The position numbers were made by a program, and so were the translations under genes. Below, piece after piece: positions 18,901-28,724 of a stretch of DNA of 35,242 nucleotides. Within the stretch, counting starts at the first letter, position 1. The number at the start of each line of letters is the position of its first letter. The notes below the pieces were generated by a model that saw nothing but the letters and a program-made list of their open reading frames with translations, searched no databases and was not told the DNA's origin. The stretch is from Paludibacteraceae bacterium (GTDB taxonomy: Bacteria > Bacillota_I > Bacilli_A > RFN20 > CAG-288), in assembly GCA_963617725.1 (NCBI GenBank), contig CAVEQA010000003.1:1-35242 (forward strand), in the 5' to 3' direction.

Positions 18901-19995
18901 AAGAGTTGTACCAGAAATTGAGGTAGCTGGCTTTGTTCTTCTTTCATTATCAATCAAAGCATCGACTGCTTCTTGAAGCATACGTTTTTCATTGAGAAGA
19001 ATAACACTTGGAGCGTGTTCTTCGATTTCTCTCTTCAAACGATTGTTCTTGATGATGACTTGACGATATAAGTCATTCAAATCACTAGTAGCATATCTAC
19101 CACCATCAAGTTGCATCATCGGACGTAAATCCGGTGGGATGACTGGAAGAACACTTAAAACCATCCATTCTGGTTTGATTTCACTGTTCTTGAAAGCTTC
19201 GAGTACTTCAAGTCTCTTGATGGCTTTGATTCTCTTTTGGTTTTTATCACCAGAAGTTTGTTCCAAATCTTTTCTGACATTGATAATTTCAGCTTCAAGG
19301 TCAATTTCTTTTAAAAGTTGTAAAGCTGCTTCAGCACCAATACCGAACTTTGCACCAGTATATCTTGTGATATATTTACTAACAGTTGCAAAATCAAATG
19401 GTTGACCAACATTTTTGATGTGGTCAAGCATGCTTGATCCTTTGTTAAATTCTGGTGTATTTGGAGTTAAACGAGAATTTTCACCATAGAGAATTTCATT
19501 TTCAATCACTTGACCGAAAATCTCACGTGCTTCATTTTCATCTAATACTTGACGATATTTTAAAATTTTAGATTGTCCAGGATTTAAAACAATGTGGGAA
19601 ACGAAGTAGATGACTTCTTCTAAATCCTTTGGAGCAATACCAAGGACAAGTCCCATCTTTGATGGGCTTCCTTTGACATACCAAATGTGGGCGCATGGGA
19701 ATGCAAGATTGATGTATCCCATACGTTCACGTCTGACAGCTTTAAGAGTGACTTCAACGCCACACTTTTCGCAAACTTTACCAGCAGAAGAGGCTTTTTT
19801 GTAATGTCCGCAATGACATTCAAAGTCTTTAACAGGGCCAAAGATCTTTTCGCAAAAAAGACCATCTGGTTCTGGTTTTTGAGAACGATAATTAATAGTC
19901 TCTGGCTTGGTGACTTCACCATGACCCCAAGAACGAATTTGTTCAGGGGATGCAAGGCCAATCTTAATCGACTTGAGTTTATTTAAGTCAAACAT
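15964..19995 (-). CDS. rpoC: DNA-directed RNA polymerase subunit beta'
   Basis: 1343-aa ORF with the [12 protein letters not shown] catalytic motif and N-terminal zinc-binding cysteines. Confidence 0.98.
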   Translation of the reverse strand: MFDLNKLKSIKIGLASPEQIRSWGHGEVTKPETINYRSQKPEPDGLFCEKIFGPVKDFECHCGHYKKASSAGKVCEKCGVEVTLKAVRRERMGYINLAFPCAHIWYVKGSPSKMGLVLGIAPKDLEEVIYFVSHIVLNPGQSKILKYRQVLDENEAREIFGQVIENEILYGENSRLTPNTPEFNKGSSMLDHIKNVGQPFDFATVSKYITRYTGAKFGIGAEAALQLLKEIDLEAEIINVRKDLEQTSGDKNQKRIKAIKRLEVLEAFKNSEIKPEWMVLSVLPVIPPDLRPMMQLDGGRYATSDLNDLYRQVIIKNNRLKREIEEHAPSVILLNEKRMLQEAVDALIDNERRTKPATSISGTTLRSLSSTLKGKQGRFRQNLLGKRVDYSGRSVIAVGPELNMDECGLPREMAVQLFRPFIAHYLISKKDSNVTSQRQADELIARKDPRVYDAIEQITENHPVLLNRAPTLHRLGIQAFRPILIEGKAIRLHPLVCPGFNADFDGDQMAVHVPLSRQAQAEAMSLMLANHNILKPSDGQPICVPSQDMIYGNYYLTLEDDQDQDDDYAKYYEKRNELDMRDKFLSYKKYEGKVFSDPSTAILAYQNGIISLRTRIFVPASSLNKTWINDEKYASIKNSYLLTTVGKLIFNDIFPTDFPFINFPYSATSLKKHGKPVDKKALKNELKANFEETPLSFFVTSKEAYDAVIAAHVYKEGEDFDVFREYAKLQPTRSPIEKKGIKTMMDYVFRKYGAVETAKIMDAFKNQGFDYCTKSGLTISLDDMQPLQGRDEDYKNCRNEVAKIEENYDLGFYTDEERHNAVIAAWTSVKDVNLTEKLHARMASAPRNPMFMMMESGARGSEDNYMQLIGMKGCMLDSTGVAIEVPVTDCYADGLSVSEYFTSTHGTRKNGSDTALKTADSGYLTRKLVDVSHNVVIREEDCHCDHGVVVMELKGIASLYDRIVGRYSMRDIINPETGEIIVPGNEFINEDLATKVVAAGIKEVEIRSILTCESTDGVCVHCYGRNLATGQIATIGDTVGIMAAQSIGEPGTQLTLKNFHTGGVAGVKDITTGLPRVSEILEVRNPKPKSQALISTIRGTVTDIKDVGLRHEFTVKNELEEQKFLSYPSAVPNVKQGDEIEAGHALTKGHVNPKELLECTDLLTLRRYLIKEVEDVYSGNGIAISDKHLEIIVRQMTNKLLIINPGDTDMLPGQRVNDVIFTEKNQKVLAHGGKPAVGRPIVLGITKAALDTESFLSSASFQETTRVLTEAAIKGKVDHLCGLKENVMIGKLIPAGTGLKPLLSEEDANIDASEVVSQETLLKSDNAIVSADAKAEMEVNQKQ

Positions 19996-20011
19996 TGTCC
20001 ATCACCTCCAA

Positions 20012-23000
20012 TTATTCATTTTCATCGGCATCGTCAATATTCTCATTAGCGAGATCGCTTGGTTTGACGGCTTCGATTTCTTGTTCTTCGTCTTCATAAA
20101 TATAATTGCTATATCTACGATTGTCTTCACGGCGTTCATTTTGCTTAGCATCATAATTGACAATATCATGATGAATACGACGTGAATCTCTTTCTGCTTC
20201 TTCAGAAATGGTATCCATGTTAATTTCTTGATTAGAAACATCACAAAGCTTGACATCAACAGCAAGACCTTGAAGTTCTTTGATAAGAACACGTGTTGAT
20301 TCTGGCATATTTGGTTTTGGAATACCTTCGCCTTTAAGAATTGCTTCATAGGTCTTATTTCTTCCTACCATATCATCAGATTTGATAGTGAGCATTTCTT
20401 GTAAGGTATAAGCAGCACCATAAGCTTCAAGGGCCCAAACTTCCATTTCACCGAAACGTTGACCACCATTTTGAGCTTTACCGCCGAGTGGTTGTTGAGT
20501 GACTAAAGAATATGGACCAGTAGCACGAGCGTGAAGTTTATCTTCAACCATGTGGTCAAGTTTGATCATATACATGACACCAACTGCAACACGTGAATCA
20601 AAACGTTCACCAGTTTGTCCATCATATAAGACGGTCTTTCCATCTGGATCGATACCAGCTTTTTCCATAAAGCCAGCGATTTCTTCATTGGTTGCACCAT
20701 CGAAAACAGGAGTAGAAACTTTAACTCCGAGTTTTTTACAAGCATAACCTAATTGAACTTCAAGAACCTGTCCGATGTTCATACGGGAAGGAACACCCAT
20801 AGGTGATAAACAAATATCAACTGGAGTTCCATCTGGCATATAAGGCATATCTTCAACTGGAAGAACACGGGAAATAACACCTTTATTTCCGTGACGTCCA
20901 GACATTTTATCACCGACTTGAATCTTTCTCTTTTGAATGACATAAACTTTGATGCATTCTAAGATATCAGAAGATAATTCATCACCTTTTTCTTTAGAGA
21001 AACGTCTGACATCTAAAACGATACCTTCGCCACCATGAGGTACTCTCATAGAGCTATCTTTATCTTCATCAGATTTAGATGAGAAGATTGATCTCAAAAG
21101 ATTTTCATTATTAGTGATTGTTGTTTCACCTTTTGGAGTTGTTTTACCAACAAGGATATCACCTTCTTTGACTTCAGTTCCTGGAATTACACAACCAGTT
21201 TCATCCAAATGAGCTTTCTTATCTTCAGCAAGATTTGGAATATCACGGGTGAATTCTTCAACACCTAATTTTGTCTTACGTCTTTCAACACTGTATTCTT
21301 CGATGATGAGGTTAGTGAAAAGATCATCACTGATACAACGTTGGGAAATAAGAACAGCGTCTTCGTAGTTATAACCATGCCATGTTGTGAAGGCAATAGT
21401 GACATTTTGACCTAAAGCGAGTTCGCCCTTGTCCATAGAAGAACCATTAGCGATGATATCGCCTTCTTTAACTCTATCGCCAGCTTTGACAATAGGAGTT
21501 TGGTTGATACATGTACGCTTATTTGAACGAACAAATTTACGCAATTGATATGATTTTTCTAAGCCTTTATCGGATAAAACTCTAATTTCAGTTCCATCAG
21601 CATAAGTGATAGTTCCATCAAATTCAGCTAAAAGAGCTTCACCTGAATCATGAGCGATTTTATCTTCTAAACCGGTTCCAACATATGGAGCTTCTGGATG
21701 AAGAAGAGGAAGAGCTTGACGTTGCATATTAGAACCCATCAAAGCACGTTTTCCGTCATCATTTTCAAGGAATGGAATACAAGCAGCTGCGATAGAAACG
21801 ATTTGCTTAGGACTTGCGTCAATATAATCAACTTCAGTAGGTTTGACAGAAACATATTCGCCGTTGATACGAGCAGAAACTGTTTCATCAAGAATCTTCT
21901 TAGTTTCTTTATCAGCATTGACGTTAGCTTGTGCGATGATGTGATGTCTTTCATCGCTAGCAGTGAACCAAACTACATGAGCAGGATCATTATCGATGAT
22001 ACCATCCTTGACAGGACGATATGGGGTTTCGATGAAGCCATAATCGTTGATTCTAGCATAACATGCAAGATTAGAGATCAAACCGATATTTTGACCTTCA
22101 GGAGTTTCAATAGGACAAATACGTCCATAATGAGTTGGGTGGACGTCACGAACAGCGCTAGAAGCACGGTCTCTTGTAAGACCGCCACGGCCTAAAGCAG
22201 AAAGACGTCTCTTATTTGCAAGCTCAGCTAATGGGTTGGTTTGATCCATAAATTGAGATAATGAATCAGAATTGAAGAATTGACCAACAGCACCAGTCAA
22301 AGCTTTAATATTGATCAAATTTGTGATGGTAAGAGCATTCAAATCGGATGTTGACATACGATCATGAATAGTTCTCTTCATCTTGACTAAACCAGCACGG
22401 AATTTATCTTGAATGAGTTCACCAACGCAACGAACTCTCTTATTTCCGAGGTGATCAGTATCATCAACTTCACCGATATCATCCATCAAATTGAGCATAT
22501 AACTCAAGGATGCAATAATATCAGAAATAGTGATATAAGTTAAATCAAGGGTCAAATCAGTACCGATGATATTGACAACTTTTTCAGGATTATTCGGATT
22601 CAAAACTTTGACAACATTGACAGTAGAATGATTATCTAAAGCAGTATTGCAAGAGACTTGAATGGAATGGTTTTCATTGCCTTCAAAGAATTTAGTCTTT
22701 CTGAGATTATCAACATCAGCATAAGTTAATTTATAACCTGCTTCAAAGATGACTTCTCCTTCTTTGGAGATGAGGTCTTCAGCAAGAACTTGATTTGGAA
22801 GTCTATTATAGATTCCAAGTTTTTCTTGAATCTTAAATCTTCCTGCTTTTCCTAAATCATAATGTTCTTTATCAAAGAATCTTTGCTTGATCATATTAGC
22901 AGCAGATTCTTTGGTATAAGGTTCACCTGGACGAAGCTTTTTGAAGATGACAATAACAGCTTCTTGATATCTTTCAACAGCAGTCTTCTTGTCATCGACT

Positions 23001-23806
23001 GGTGATTTTTCAATAGCCTTGATAAGAGCTTCATTATCACCAAAAAGACCACGAATTCCAGTTGGAACAAAAACTTCACCATTAGAATCAGGTGGTAAAG
23101 TAGTATCACAAAGTTGGTCAGAATCTGAAACAAGACCTAAAGCTCTCAAAAGCGTTAAGGCCGGGACTTTCTTTTGCTTATCGATACGAACAGAGACAAA
23201 ATCTCTATTATCGGTAAGGAATTCAAGCCAGATTCCACGAGCAGGGATAATATCAGAACCAAAAACAATGTTCACATCGTTTTTGATATCATTTTCATTC
23301 TTTTTAGCCACTACTTCATCACTGTGCTTACTTAAATAAGCACCTGGAGAACGCACTAATTGAGATGCGATACACTTTTCAGAACCATTGACAATGAATG
23401 TTCCAGAAGGAGTCATCCATGGATAATCTCCCATGAAGATTCTCTCTTGAGTGATAGATGCATCTGGATGAGTGAGACGTAATGTGACATGTAATGGTGC
23501 ACAATAAGTGAGTGCAGAAACCTTGCACTCAAAATAATCATGCTTCGGTTCACCAAATTCGGCTTTAACGAAATCAAGTTTAGCTACTTGATCAGTGTCA
23601 ACAGTATGAGCTCTGCTGTCTTTATTAGAAGCGATTGGGAAAACATCATGAAAAACTTCAGTAATGCCGGTTTCAACAAACCAATTAAATGATTTCAATT
23701 GAACATCACAAAGGTTAGGAAGCGGAACACTAGAGAAAGTTTTGGAAAGATCGATACGTCCATTATCGAGCGTCTGATACTGGTTAAAATTAAATTCTTT
23801 AGCCAT
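20012..23806 (-). CDS. rpoB: DNA-directed RNA polymerase subunit beta
   Basis: 1264-aa ORF with conserved GEMEVWALEAYGAAYTLQE, RHGNKGV and SRMNIGQ motifs. An acidic C-terminal tail follows. Confidence 0.98.
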   Translation of the reverse strand: MAKEFNFNQYQTLDNGRIDLSKTFSSVPLPNLCDVQLKSFNWFVETGITEVFHDVFPIASNKDSRAHTVDTDQVAKLDFVKAEFGEPKHDYFECKVSALTYCAPLHVTLRLTHPDASITQERIFMGDYPWMTPSGTFIVNGSEKCIASQLVRSPGAYLSKHSDEVVAKKNENDIKNDVNIVFGSDIIPARGIWLEFLTDNRDFVSVRIDKQKKVPALTLLRALGLVSDSDQLCDTTLPPDSNGEVFVPTGIRGLFGDNEALIKAIEKSPVDDKKTAVERYQEAVIVIFKKLRPGEPYTKESAANMIKQRFFDKEHYDLGKAGRFKIQEKLGIYNRLPNQVLAEDLISKEGEVIFEAGYKLTYADVDNLRKTKFFEGNENHSIQVSCNTALDNHSTVNVVKVLNPNNPEKVVNIIGTDLTLDLTYITISDIIASLSYMLNLMDDIGEVDDTDHLGNKRVRCVGELIQDKFRAGLVKMKRTIHDRMSTSDLNALTITNLINIKALTGAVGQFFNSDSLSQFMDQTNPLAELANKRRLSALGRGGLTRDRASSAVRDVHPTHYGRICPIETPEGQNIGLISNLACYARINDYGFIETPYRPVKDGIIDNDPAHVVWFTASDERHHIIAQANVNADKETKKILDETVSARINGEYVSVKPTEVDYIDASPKQIVSIAAACIPFLENDDGKRALMGSNMQRQALPLLHPEAPYVGTGLEDKIAHDSGEALLAEFDGTITYADGTEIRVLSDKGLEKSYQLRKFVRSNKRTCINQTPIVKAGDRVKEGDIIANGSSMDKGELALGQNVTIAFTTWHGYNYEDAVLISQRCISDDLFTNLIIEEYSVERRKTKLGVEEFTRDIPNLAEDKKAHLDETGCVIPGTEVKEGDILVGKTTPKGETTITNNENLLRSIFSSKSDEDKDSSMRVPHGGEGIVLDVRRFSKEKGDELSSDILECIKVYVIQKRKIQVGDKMSGRHGNKGVISRVLPVEDMPYMPDGTPVDICLSPMGVPSRMNIGQVLEVQLGYACKKLGVKVSTPVFDGATNEEIAGFMEKAGIDPDGKTVLYDGQTGERFDSRVAVGVMYMIKLDHMVEDKLHARATGPYSLVTQQPLGGKAQNGGQRFGEMEVWALEAYGAAYTLQEMLTIKSDDMVGRNKTYEAILKGEGIPKPNMPESTRVLIKELQGLAVDVKLCDVSNQEINMDTISEEAERDSRRIHHDIVNYDAKQNERREDNRRYSNYIYEDEEQEIEAVKPSDLANENIDDADENE

Positions 23807-23913
23807 GAATATTACCTCGTTGTTATTCTACCAGGAAGGCCTTTCCTGGGTTTAAAATAGTCATCTAAAGAAATACTTAATAAAAAATATCTATATTTCT
23901 ATAGACAACGAAG

Positions 23914-23944
23914 CCCACCCTGCCAAAAAATTAGACAAGGTGGG
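23914..23944 (-). promoter_or_regulatory. rplL-rpoB intergenic hairpin (candidate attenuator)
   Basis: On the - strand: CCCACCUUGUC-UAAUUUUUU-GGCAGGGUGGG, an 11-bp stem with two G.U pairs (A.C on the + strand). A CUAUA-GAAA-UAUAG hairpin plus U-run follows. Confidence 0.45.
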
Positions 23945-23970
23945 AGCAAATACGACGATAATATAAGAAA

Positions 23971-24342
23971 CTACTTAACTTCGACTTCAGCGCCGGCAGC
24001 AACAAGTTGTTTCTTGATTTCTTCAGCTTCAGCTGGGGAAATCTTTTCTTTAACAGCAACAGGAGCTTTGTCAACAAGCTTCTTTGCATCCATAAGGCCT
24101 AAGCCAGTGACGCCTTGAACAGCTTTGATAACTGCAACTTTAGCAGCACCGAAGGACTTGAGAACGACAGAAACTTCGCTTGGTCCTTCTTGAGCAGCAG
24201 CAGCACCGCCAGCTGGAGCAGCAACAGCAGCAGCAGCCTTAACGCCGAATTCTTCTTCAATAGCTTTGACAAGGTCCATGATTTCGACCATGTTCATTTC
24301 TTTTAAGCCAGCAATGACATCTTCTTTAACTAATTTAGCCAT
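23971..24342 (-). CDS. rplL: 50S ribosomal protein L7/L12
   Basis: [17 protein letters not shown]...[16 protein letters not shown] precedes the ATG at 24342. The longer track ORF (to 24381) is an in-frame upstream extension. Confidence 0.95.
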   Translation of the reverse strand: MAKLVKEDVIAGLKEMNMVEIMDLVKAIEEEFGVKAAAAVAAPAGGAAAAQEGPSEVSVVLKSFGAAKVAVIKAVQGVTGLGLMDAKKLVDKAPVAVKEKISPAEAEEIKKQLVAAGAEVEVK

Positions 24343-24389
24343 TTTGTTTTTCCTCCAATTAATGGTATTGTAATACGACAATCTGCTTA

Positions 24390-24893
24390 TTAGGCAGCAG
24401 CGCCTTCACCCTTTTCAGCAAGGGCTTTAAGTGTAAGAGCGAACATAACAAGTGGGGATTGCATTGTAGAAAGTAAGGATGCAAGTGCATTTTCCTTTGT
24501 ACCAATTGCAGCAAGTTCGCTAAGCTTTGCTTCATCGCAATAAGTTCCTGCGATAACGCCAGCTTTAATAGCAAAAGTCTTCTTGTGAGCCTGAGCAAAA
24601 TCGTTCAAAACTTTGAGACCCGCACCTTCTTCAACAGAAGTGACAATAGCAGTCGGTCCTTTGAAAGCATCATCTAAGGCAGATAAGCCATCTTCATCGA
24701 CAGCTTTCTTTGCCAAAGTGTTCTTGTGGACTGAGAGCTTTGCACCAGCCTTCTTGAGGTCAGCGCGGAGTTGATTGACTTCACTTACAGACATTTTGGA
24801 ATAAGAAACAACGATTGCAGAATGAGAATTCTTAAGAATCTCATTTAATTCAGCGACTGTTTCTTTCTTCGCAGCTAAGATCTGCTGATTCAT
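24390..24893 (-). CDS. rplJ: 50S ribosomal protein L10
   Basis: [16 protein letters not shown]... with GAGGAGG SD before the ATG at 24893. The track ORF start at 24929 is an upstream extension. Confidence 0.93.
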   Translation of the reverse strand: MNQQILAAKKETVAELNEILKNSHSAIVVSYSKMSVSEVNQLRADLKKAGAKLSVHKNTLAKKAVDEDGLSALDDAFKGPTAIVTSVEEGAGLKVLNDFAQAHKKTFAIKAGVIAGTYCDEAKLSELAAIGTKENALASLLSTMQSPLVMFALTLKALAEKGEGAAA

Positions 24894-25078
24894 CTTTTCA
24901 CCTCCTCTTTGGTTTGGTGTATGTAACAATATACTTTTCTAAATATATGGTAGAACCTATATCCTCGGTAACAAATTGAGCTTGGAGCAAGTTATTTTTT
25001 TCTATGTATAAATCACAAGCAGTTACTGTCTTTGGTATATTGACTCACCCGATAATGAATCGGACAACGAATGCTCAA
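24894..25078 (-). promoter_or_regulatory. candidate rplJ (L10) 5' leader
   Basis: 185-nt spacer at the position where L10 leaders occur in Firmicutes. An 8-bp long-range helix AAUUGAGC (25080-25073) / GCUCAAUU (24981-24974) encloses a CCGAU-UCAUU-AUCGG hairpin. No consensus check was possible by eye. Confidence 0.3.
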
Positions 25079-25756
25079 TTAGAGAGCAATTTTAATGGCA
25101 GGGCCATATGTGCAAGAAATAGTAGCAGAGAGAATATATGTACCCTTAACAGCGGCAGGACGGATACGATTGACTGTCTCAATGATAGTCTTAAGGTTGT
25201 CTGCTAAAAATTCACTTGTAAAGCTAACTTTACCGAAATTGATAGCAAGATTTCCGTCTTTATCATTACGATAAGAAATCTTACCGTTTTTGATTTCTTT
25301 AATAGCAGAACCGATATTCATTGTAACGGTACCACTCTTTGGATTTGGCATTAAGCCTTTTGGTCCTAAGACACGACCCATCTTACCTAAGAGACCCATC
25401 ATATTTGGGGTGGCAACGATGACATCGAAATCGAACCAGTTTTCTTTAGCAATCTTATCGAGCATATCTTGTTGGCCAACATAATCTGCGCCAGCAGCTT
25501 TTGCTTCTTCAGCTTTATCAGTGATAGCAAGAATTTTAACAGTCTTACCATTACCATGAGGAAGAGAAATAGTTCCTCTTAATTGTTGATCAGCTTGCTT
25601 TGGATCGATATTAAGATTGAAAGAAACATCAACAGTTTCATCAAATTTTGCTGTAGCTGTCTTTTTGACAAGTTCGCAAGCTTCAGCGATAGAATATTTT
25701 TTGCCCTTCTCAACTAACTTGAGGCTGGCAGCATACTTTTTAGATACTTTTTTCAT
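25079..25756 (-). CDS. rplA: 50S ribosomal protein L1
   Basis: 225-aa ORF: MKKVSKKYAASLKLVEKGKKYSIAEA...; L1 family. Confidence 0.95.
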   Translation of the reverse strand: MKKVSKKYAASLKLVEKGKKYSIAEACELVKKTATAKFDETVDVSFNLNIDPKQADQQLRGTISLPHGNGKTVKILAITDKAEEAKAAGADYVGQQDMLDKIAKENWFDFDVIVATPNMMGLLGKMGRVLGPKGLMPNPKSGTVTMNIGSAIKEIKNGKISYRNDKDGNLAINFGKVSFTSEFLADNLKTIIETVNRIRPAAVKGTYILSATISCTYGPAIKIAL

Positions 25757-25771
25757 TGTTCAGTCCCCCAA

Positions 25772-26209
25772 TTAATCAACAATGGCAATGCCCATAGATT
25801 TAGCAGAGCCTTCAACACATCTTTCAGCAGCTTCTAAAGAATCAACGTTAAGATCTGGCATCTTATATTCTGCAATTTTCTTAACATCAGCTCTCTTGAT
25901 TTTGCCGACGATAGTCTTTGGATCGCCACCGCGATCTGTACCTTTTCTTCCTTTTTCAAGGCCTGCAGCCTTTAAGACAAGGAATGTAACTGGGGTAGTC
26001 TTGAAACTTAAATCGAAAGTACGATCTTCATAGATAGTAAGAACGCATGGAACAACTTCTCCCTTACGATCTGCTGTCTTAAGATTGAATTCTTGGCAGA
26101 ATTTTCCACCAATACCGAAAGGTCCTAATTTTTGACCTAACTTTGCTGGATTTGCAGCTCCGCCTTCTGCACGGATAATCATCACTCTTGTGACTTTCTT
26201 TGCTGGCAC
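25772..26209 (-). CDS. rplK: 50S ribosomal protein L11
   Basis: GTG start at 26209 (VPAKKVTRVMIIRAEGGAANPAKLGQKLGPFG...) preceded by AGGAGG. The 178-aa track ORF extends in frame into the leader. Confidence 0.93.
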   Translation of the reverse strand: MPAKKVTRVMIIRAEGGAANPAKLGQKLGPFGIGGKFCQEFNLKTADRKGEVVPCVLTIYEDRTFDLSFKTTPVTFLVLKAAGLEKGRKGTDRGGDPKTIVGKIKRADVKKIAEYKMPDLNVDSLEAAERCVEGSAKSMGIAIVD

Positions 26210-26355
26210 GGTAATTTCCTCCTTTTTTGAAATTTTACGTGTTGTGGTTCTATCAGTTGTCACTGGCTTCCCACATTTAGGCATACTTACCCCACTAAAA
26301 ATGGGCATAAAATGCCAAGCTTTTCAATTATATATCCTCAATCAATTTATTGCAA
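26210..26355 (-). promoter_or_regulatory. rplK promoter plus about 115-nt leader (candidate L1 autoregulatory site)
   Basis: On the - strand: TTGCAA (26355-26350), 17 nt, TATAAT (26332-26327). The leader contains GGGGUAAGUAUGCCUAAAUGUGGGAAGCC, which resembles the 23S rRNA L1-stalk sequence (...GUAGGAUAGGUGGGAGCC...). Confidence 0.45.
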
Positions 26356-26434
26356 GGATTTTAATGATATTTTTTAGCGATAATTTTATTGATACCTATA
26401 ATTATATCATTTAAAATATTTCTATGAGGTCATT

Positions 26435-28027
26435 ATGATAAATTATAAAAGCATAAAAAAGGAATCGAAAAGTAAAATAAGGATTAATTATTGGCGAAAT
26501 GTCTTTATGGCAATGCTTGTTATAATCACTACAACTGGTGTTTTAAATAGTTTTCTTTTAAAGTTGAGTGGAGAAAGCGGAGCTAGTGACACAAGCGGTA
26601 GCTATGGTTGGTTATTTATCAAATATATAGTTCGTTTTTATTATCCTAATTTTTTAATACCTAACCCATCTAATACAAATGAAATTCAATTGTTTACATT
26701 TTTAGAATCCCTTGGAAGTTCCGGAACAACACTGTTAACTTCAGAAATATCTTATCCTTTATATATAGGATATTCTATTCTCAATGCTCATGAAGCAAAT
26801 TCTGTCAATGCGATATGGGCAGCCATTATCGGTTGTTTGCTATTTTTTGCCTTTATCGCTTTCTTTCTACATCCCATCAACATAGGTTCGAAATACTATT
26901 TCCTAAAAAAAATTAAATCAGAACAAGATGATGAAAAAAATGCAATTTTAGAAGGCGGATTTAATCACTTTTATATAAACATTGTTTTTACAAGATTATT
27001 GAAATCAGTTATTTTTTCACTATCATGTTTAACAATCGTCGGTGGGTTCATATTATATTTTTCTTACTATTTTGTTGATTATATAATTATGGATAATCCT
27101 AGTCTTAATCCAATTCAAACTTTGCGATTATCAAGGCAAATGATGAAAGGACATAAGTGGGAATTATTTCTACTCATGCTTTCTTTTATCGGCTGGAAAC
27201 TATTATCAATTATTACATTTGGAGTCTTAGATCCTTTATTTTTTAAACCATATCAAGAACTTTGCTTCTCAAAATATTATTTGACAGTCAAAGATGCATT
27301 TGCACAGAAAAATCCTAGAGTTTATTCAATCAGTTATTTACAGATATACGAAGAAAATAGTAAATCTTTACTTTTGAGATCAAATACCAATTATGATGTT
27401 CAATATGAAATAGTTGACTATGCATTGATTTTCTTCATAATCTCTTTTGGTGGATGGTGTTGGGAAGTATTTTATAATTTTATAAGAACTTTTCAATTTG
27501 CAAATAGAGGTACCTTATGGGGACCTGTACTTCCAATTTATGGGACAGGGGCAGTTCTTGCTTTATTTTTATTAAAAAAATTTAGGAAAGTTCCATGGTT
27601 ATCATTTATTTTATCGATTATTGTTTGTTTGACAATCGAATATTTCACTGGGTTCTTTATTGAAAAAACTAAAGGTGTCAGATATTGGAATTATGATTCG
27701 ATGCCATTCAATCTTAATGGAAGAATTTGTCTATTTGGTGGTCTATTATTTGGTATTGGATGTCTTTTTGCAATTTATTTTGTCGGTCCTGGTCTCTATC
27801 CAATCTTACATAAAATATCAAATAAAAATCGTTGGATAATAACTGCAGTTTGTACAACCTTAATTTTAATAGATACTATCATAAGCAAGTTTTACCCAAA
27901 TCCAGATGGAATGGAAGCCATAGATAAGTTAAGTTTAATTTTTTTCTTGAATAACACAAATTTAAATGATATAGTAATCAATGCTTTTTGTAAGCTTACT
28001 TTTGTACCGCTGGATTGTCACGTCTAA
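26435..28027 (+). CDS. fusion membrane protein: N-terminal DUF975-like domain plus C-terminal putative ABC-transporter type IV (CmpB/DUF1113-like) domain
   Basis: 530-aa polytopic ORF. The N-terminal half has IKKESKSKIRINYWRNVF and RQMMKGHKWELFLLMLSFIGWKLL (DUF975-like). The C-terminal half has GGWCWEVFYNFIRT...NRGTLWGPVLPIYGTGA...EYFTGFFIEK...RYWNYD...NLNGRICL (PF06541-like). Confidence 0.7.
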   Translation: MINYKSIKKESKSKIRINYWRNVFMAMLVIITTTGVLNSFLLKLSGESGASDTSGSYGWLFIKYIVRFYYPNFLIPNPSNTNEIQLFTFLESLGSSGTTLLTSEISYPLYIGYSILNAHEANSVNAIWAAIIGCLLFFAFIAFFLHPINIGSKYYFLKKIKSEQDDEKNAILEGGFNHFYINIVFTRLLKSVIFSLSCLTIVGGFILYFSYYFVDYIIMDNPSLNPIQTLRLSRQMMKGHKWELFLLMLSFIGWKLLSIITFGVLDPLFFKPYQELCFSKYYLTVKDAFAQKNPRVYSISYLQIYEENSKSLLLRSNTNYDVQYEIVDYALIFFIISFGGWCWEVFYNFIRTFQFANRGTLWGPVLPIYGTGAVLALFLLKKFRKVPWLSFILSIIVCLTIEYFTGFFIEKTKGVRYWNYDSMPFNLNGRICLFGGLLFGIGCLFAIYFVGPGLYPILHKISNKNRWIITAVCTTLILIDTIISKFYPNPDGMEAIDKLSLIFFLNNTNLNDIVINAFCKLTFVPLDCHV

Positions 28028-28070
28028 GTACCAAAGGAAATCAAAATAAATTCCAAAGGAGAACAGAATA

Positions 28071-28547
28071 ATGAACAAAAATTTAGTTCAACAAGTAGCT
28101 GCTACACAAATCCGTAATGATCTTCCTGATTTCGTAACCGGCGATACAATCAGAGTTATGGTTACAATTCGTGAAGGAAACAAAGAAAGACAACAAGCAT
28201 TTGAAGGTGTTGTCATCTCTGTCAAGGGTTCTGGTGCTAGCAAGACCTTCATCGTAAGAAAAGATTCTAATGGTGTTGGTGTCGAAAGAAACTTCTTAGT
28301 AAATTCACCAATTATCTCTTCAATCACTGTCCTTAGACATGGTAAGGTTAGAAGAAAGAAGCTTTACTTCCTCAGAAGCCGTTCTGGTAAGAGTGCTCGT
28401 CTTGAAGAAATCGTCCGCAAAGACAAAATTGCTGCAAATCTTGCTGCAACAAAGACAAACGCTGACAAGAAAAAGGCTGCTGAAAGAGAAAAAGCCAAAG
28501 CTGCCAAAGAAGCAAAAGCAGCTAAAGAAGCTGAAGAAACAAAATAA
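28071..28547 (+). CDS. rplS: 50S ribosomal protein L19 with Lys/Ala-rich C-terminal extension
   Basis: L19 core ([27 protein letters not shown]...) followed by a tail of about 40 aa: [26 protein letters not shown]. Confidence 0.93.
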   Translation: MNKNLVQQVAATQIRNDLPDFVTGDTIRVMVTIREGNKERQQAFEGVVISVKGSGASKTFIVRKDSNGVGVERNFLVNSPIISSITVLRHGKVRRKKLYFLRSRSGKSARLEEIVRKDKIAANLAATKTNADKKKAAEREKAKAAKEAKAAKEAEETK

Positions 28548-28593
28548 TATTGTTTCAAAATCTATAAATTCATCTTATTTAAATAATAGTGAC

Positions 28594-28621
28594 AAAAACC
28601 ACCTTCTCGGTGGTTTTTTTA
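28594..28621 (+). terminator. intrinsic terminator after rplS
   Basis: AAAAACCACC-TTCTC-GGTGGTTTTTTT. Confidence 0.85.
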
Positions 28622-28653
28622 ATAAAAAAATATCAGCTGTTAATGTAAAAGCC

Positions 28654-28682
28654 TTGACAGATGAATATCTAGTCTCTATAAT
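28654..28682 (+). promoter_or_regulatory. consensus sigma-70 promoter of rpsP-khpA-rimM-trmD
   Basis: TTGACA (28654-28659), 17 nt, TATAAT (28677-28682). Confidence 0.8.
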
Positions 28683-28724
28683 TTATGTGTTAATTTTGAA
28701 AAACCATATCGGAGGATATTTATT

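Noticed and set aside
21698-22195. 165-aa + strand ORF antisense to rpoB (also 22989-23339).
   Set aside because: Same reasoning: it is embedded antisense in rpoB, with no translation signals and no recognisable protein features.
15964-23806. RpoC (1343 aa) and RpoB (1264 aa) are longer than the roughly 1200-aa Bacillus proteins, with acidic or polar C-terminal tails.
   Set aside because: The extra length is spread over several known variable regions and tails, consistent with lineage-specific insertions. There is no sign of an intein, a fused domain or a frameshift.
26210-26308. In-frame N-terminal extension of the rplK ORF (178 aa in the track). Similar extensions exist for rplJ (to 24929), rplL (to 24381) and rnc (to 34425).
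   Set aside because: The conserved protein N-termini begin at internal GTG/ATG codons that have strong GGAGG-type SDs. The extensions cover leader RNA and have no homology to the protein families.
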